64,000 nucleotides of DNA from Balanoglossus misakiensis. Taxonomy: Eukaryota > Animalia > Hemichordata. The notes under the pieces are model-generated. The model had not been told where the DNA came from. It saw only the letters and a program-made list of their open reading frames with translations, and made no database searches. Of the stretch, positions 60,350 to 64,000 are shown piece by piece; the first letter of the stretch is position 1, and each line of letters starts with the position of its first letter. The position numbers and the translations under genes are program-made. Location: positions 15,631,903 to 15,695,902 of the forward strand of contig CM082577.2 of NCBI GenBank assembly GCA_040954595.2. Reading direction: 5' to 3'.

Positions 60350-60993
60350 TGTAACGGCCTTGTTGATCCATTGAATTTGTATACATGTATATCTGTATGT
60401 ATGTTATACCTGTATCTTATAGTAATTAGTTATTCAATTATTCATATGACGTAATAGTACTTACCTTCAATTGGTTGATCTTAATTATATGCAAACCACC
60501 TGGAAGTTTCATTTGACCAATGAACACAAGCTAATCTGGCACTATGATGTAATTGCTGATATAAAAGGACATGGTGCATAAAATTGGTCAGTTCACCTCT
60601 GTAGCCAGACCGGCCACACACGTTGTGGAACTGACATGTATTTGTTCCATTTCAGGTTAGTTTCCTTGTACCTTACCTGTTGCTTGAAGCTTTGTATTTT
60701 GGTGCATTCTACCGACTCATTTCAGCACAAGTAATTGGTGTCTTTAACTTGCGTCAATTTTCCAATTGTATGTCTATATTTTTCACTTGCATGAATTTTG
60801 GTGTATTCTGTTGGAGGTGAACTCCCATACATGTGTGTAATTTAGCAGTTCACCTCTGTAGCCAGACCGGCCACACACGTTGGAACTGACATGTATTTGT
60901 TCCATTTCAGTTATTAAATGTAAGGCCTATGTCTTTGTTACCCGTAACCTGTTTGGTGTGAATATGTTGGAATGAACGGCGACAACCGTGACA
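60350..60993 (+). repeat. 5' LTR of a second Gypsy element
   Basis: TGTAACGG...CCGTGACA termini, TATA-like tataaaa near 60560, attaaa near 60913, followed by the PBS. Confidence 0.85.
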
Positions 60994-60995
60994 AA

Positions 60996-61014
60996 TGGCG
61001 TAGTCGGCAGGATT
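60996..61014 (+). promoter_or_regulatory. Primer-binding site, tRNA-Ser
   Basis: TGGCGTAGTCGGCAGGATT is the complement of the tRNA-Ser 3' end AATCCTGCCGACTACGCCA. Confidence 0.9.
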
Positions 61015-61626
61015 TGGCAATTCCTACGCAAGTTCTTTTTTCGGGACGGAGAGGATGATACTGACAAGTGCCATGTTTTAACTGGTCAGAAGTGTCTGGA
61101 CAACGGACAACGCCCAACCAGGTGTGTCTTTCGCTGAGCTGGACGTCCTTGGGGAGCCACCCGGACTGCAGACAGACGGGAGCCAGGTCCAAGCGTCAAC
61201 GCGAGGAAAATTCTCTGCAGAGTGCCAAGTGGTGAAGTCGCTGAACTGTTACCGGCCGGAACTGTTTAGTGTGAAGTGTTCATCGCGGTATACAAGGTAT
61301 TGTGTGTCCAGAACTTGACAGTGTTATTCCGTGCGAACTATAGACAGTGCGCATAAATTCCGTCCGTGGCGCATAGTTTCCATCTGTGATAACTTCGGAC
61401 TTGAACTTGTGGACTGGGTATTTTATTGCAAACGAACTTTCTGGTTATTCGCCGTAGAACCTGGTGTAACGTAATGTTTGTAAATTTTTCTTAGAAATTT
61501 CAATATTGTCTATATAATGCAATGTGGTCAAAGTAGTTTTGACTTTGATTTAATTGTTGAAGTGGGCTCCATGTGGATATAAACCCCTGTTTTGTTGCCT
61601 TTAGCCTGCTTTAAACGAAAAAAAAA

Positions 61627-63051
61627 ATGGCTGTGTCCAAAATATCAATTCAAGAGCGAAGCATTTATGTGCAACACTTGCCTTTTGAATGTACAAAGAA
61701 ACATTTTAGAGAATTTATCGAGTTACAGCTTGGTTTGGCCCAGGTTGATCAAATTTATATTTCTGATAAAGATTCCGCTGTTGTCATATTTGAGAATATA
61801 GAATCAGCCACAGCCGCTCTGCCAGTAATACATAAAAGCACTTTTGAAGAAAGCAAATTACGGGCAAGTCGTGTGACCACAGCCCGAGGGTTGGAACTGT
61901 GGCATTTAATTGAGGAAACCGAACAAAGTACTGGCCTAGATTACAATGAAACCAGTGATACCAAGACATCCAAACCCAAAGCAGATGTACAGGAAATTAT
62001 TAACATGTTGAGTTTACTGTCTGAAGCAGATAGGAAAGCGGTTGCACAGGCCATATCACCTGCTCCACTGAAACCAATCGTATCAACCCCTATGCCACAG
62101 CCGATTCCATTTCCAGCATTTCCAGTACCAACTTCAGTTGCAGATTCTTCACCATTTATTATGTCTTCACCTGCCCAAGCAGCTGCTGCACAGCCAGCCA
62201 CAGCTACTACTGCTTTTCACTCGGTGGAATTCCCAAGAATAGTCGTCTTCTCTGGCAAAGGTGATGTCACTTATGAAATGTGGCGATATGAAGTTCGAGC
62301 ACTACAGAGGGAGAATGTGTTTCCGGAGACCATAATTATGCAGGCTGTTCGGAAATCCCTACGAGCGTCCGCTGCTGAAGTCCTACTACATATGGGAGAA
62401 GACATCACAGTGTCCCGATTGATGGCGAAGATGGACATGGTCTTTGGGAAAGTATTGCCACCGGAAGCAGTTTTGGAAAAATTCTATACAGCACGACAAA
62501 CGAAGACAGAAAAGGTAGCAGAATGGGCCTGTCGCATCGAAGGACTTTTGGATGAACTCAGATCAGGTCAGTCCATCTCTAGTAATTCAGAAGAAACCAT
62601 GCTTCGAACCAAATTCTTTTCTGGCCTGTCAGATGAGCACATTAAGAATGCAATCAGACACCGATATGATACGGGAGAAGATTATTCAGGATTGTTGCTA
62701 GCCGCAAGAAAGCTTGAAGTAAATAGGGAGACCACTACCAGGGTTCACCAAGCAACTGTTGCTGACAAGACGATGATAACCAAATTGGAGGAACTTACCA
62801 AAGGTCTGAAGAACTTAGCTGAGAAGGTTGCTGAACTAGAGAAGCGAACTTCAACATCATCAACTCCAGAGTCTACTTTTCGCCGACGTGTCAACAATGA
62901 AAATGGCCGGGATCGGCGTGGCAACGATGGAACTCGCCAACCCAAACAAGTTTTCCCAGGCAACTGCTTCAAGTGTGGTGAACATGGACACAAAAAGACA
63001 GACTGTCCTTTAAATGGGGAGCGACCAGGCATCCGGAGGGACATGCGCTAG
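61627..63051 (+). CDS. Gypsy gag: N-terminal RRM-like domain, PNMA-like capsid, CCHC knuckle
   Basis: RSIYVQHLP..SAVVIFE; FSGKGDVTYEMWRYEV..AVRKSLRASAAEV..MLRTKFFSGL; CFKCGEHGHKKTDC; intact 474 aa. Confidence 0.9.
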   Translation: MAVSKISIQERSIYVQHLPFECTKKHFREFIELQLGLAQVDQIYISDKDSAVVIFENIESATAALPVIHKSTFEESKLRASRVTTARGLELWHLIEETEQSTGLDYNETSDTKTSKPKADVQEIINMLSLLSEADRKAVAQAISPAPLKPIVSTPMPQPIPFPAFPVPTSVADSSPFIMSSPAQAAAAQPATATTAFHSVEFPRIVVFSGKGDVTYEMWRYEVRALQRENVFPETIIMQAVRKSLRASAAEVLLHMGEDITVSRLMAKMDMVFGKVLPPEAVLEKFYTARQTKTEKVAEWACRIEGLLDELRSGQSISSNSEETMLRTKFFSGLSDEHIKNAIRHRYDTGEDYSGLLLAARKLEVNRETTTRVHQATVADKTMITKLEELTKGLKNLAEKVAELEKRTSTSSTPESTFRRRVNNENGRDRRGNDGTRQPKQVFPGNCFKCGEHGHKKTDCPLNGERPGIRRDMR

Positions 63052-64000
63052 GTCGGAACGGTAACAGTCCCTCTAATGTTATTGATTCTTTAATAGGCCA
63101 CGCCAATGAAACTGAGATTGTGTTGGAAGGATCCTCGTGTATTGCGCTGATAGACACCGGGTCCATGGTATCTACTGTTGCTGACACTTTTAACAGAGAG
63201 AAGCTACAGAAACCAATTCATGACCTGAACAACTTGGTGAAGGTAGAAGGGGCTAGTGGTACAGAAGTTCCTTACCTTGGTTATATTGAAGTTGAAGTGA
63301 AATTCCCAGATAGCCATGGACAAGAGATGTCTAAAGATATATTATTGCTTGTTGTTGAAGACACGGAATATAATCAGATGGTTCCAGTTGTGATAGGCAC
63401 AAATGTTCTCCAACATTTTGTGGATGAAGATACACAGTACAGTACAGACCTATCCTCAGTATGGAGACTAGCATACCAAGCGACTATCCACCGGCAGAGG
63501 GCCGAAGGTAGGACATTTACAGTTACCACTACTAAACCCACAACCATTGGACCATACGAACGCACAGTCATCCATGGATTTTGCAGAGTGGACCTAAGAA
63601 ATTGTCAATCAGTAGTTGTGGTGGAACCAGAAAATGACAGACTTTTACCTGGTGGTTTACTTGTTACTCCAGCCGTGTTGAAGTTAGAGCCTCGTGGTAA
63701 TTCGTGTCGAATCCCAGTAATGGTGACCAACTATGGAGCACGTGCTGTCACAGTTCCCCCTAAAAGCACCCTATGTAACATGAACTTAGCATCTAATGTC
63801 TCACAGCCTTTAGATCCATATGGAGATGATATTGATACAAACTCAGATGGGACCACCTCACCAAAAGTACCCGATTGGCTGATAAAAGACCTGGGATTAC
63901 AAGAAGCAGATACAGAATTAACAGAAATCCAGAAAGACCAAGCCTTGGCTACCATTGGTAAATGGCAAACCGTGTTCTCTACAGGTGAGAGAGATTTGGG
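63009..64000 (+). CDS. Gypsy pol N-terminus (aspartic protease), -1 frame, runs off the window
   Basis: ALIDTGSMVST..VPYLGYIEV..VIGTNVL; slippery-like TTTAAAT at about 63008-63014. Confidence 0.85.

Overview
Animal genomic DNA (spliceosomal introns, about 38-40% GC; the TE repertoire resembles marine invertebrate genomes, but the species cannot be determined here). The window is almost entirely nested mobile DNA. One host gene on + (10 phase-consistent exons, 9001-26509) encodes a C-type lectin domain plus a PKD1L/REJ-type GAIN-GPS region that appears to stop right after the GPS cleavage site, with no transmembrane part visible. Its 10.8-kb intron holds a decayed Gypsy element that is itself interrupted by an L2/CR1 LINE, a Helentron-like element and a Harbinger-like MITE. 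Next come a 13-copy array of variant initiator tRNA-Met genes (28.85-31.03 kb) and a compact cluster of DIRS RNase H, RecQ helicase, Pif1 helicase and P-element-type transposase. A complete 13.8-kb Ginger1 DNA transposon follows (38755-52531; TGT..ACA TIRs, CCGG TSD). Its apparently intact 8-exon, ~1766-aa transposase carries about 105 in-frame proline-rich decapeptide repeats between the integrase and Ulp1/PHD domains, and it appears to sit inside a Crypton. The right end holds a RAG1/Chapaev-like transposase remnant and the 5' part of a Gypsy element with an RRM-PNMA gag. All family assignments come from motif recognition by eye; no database searches were run.
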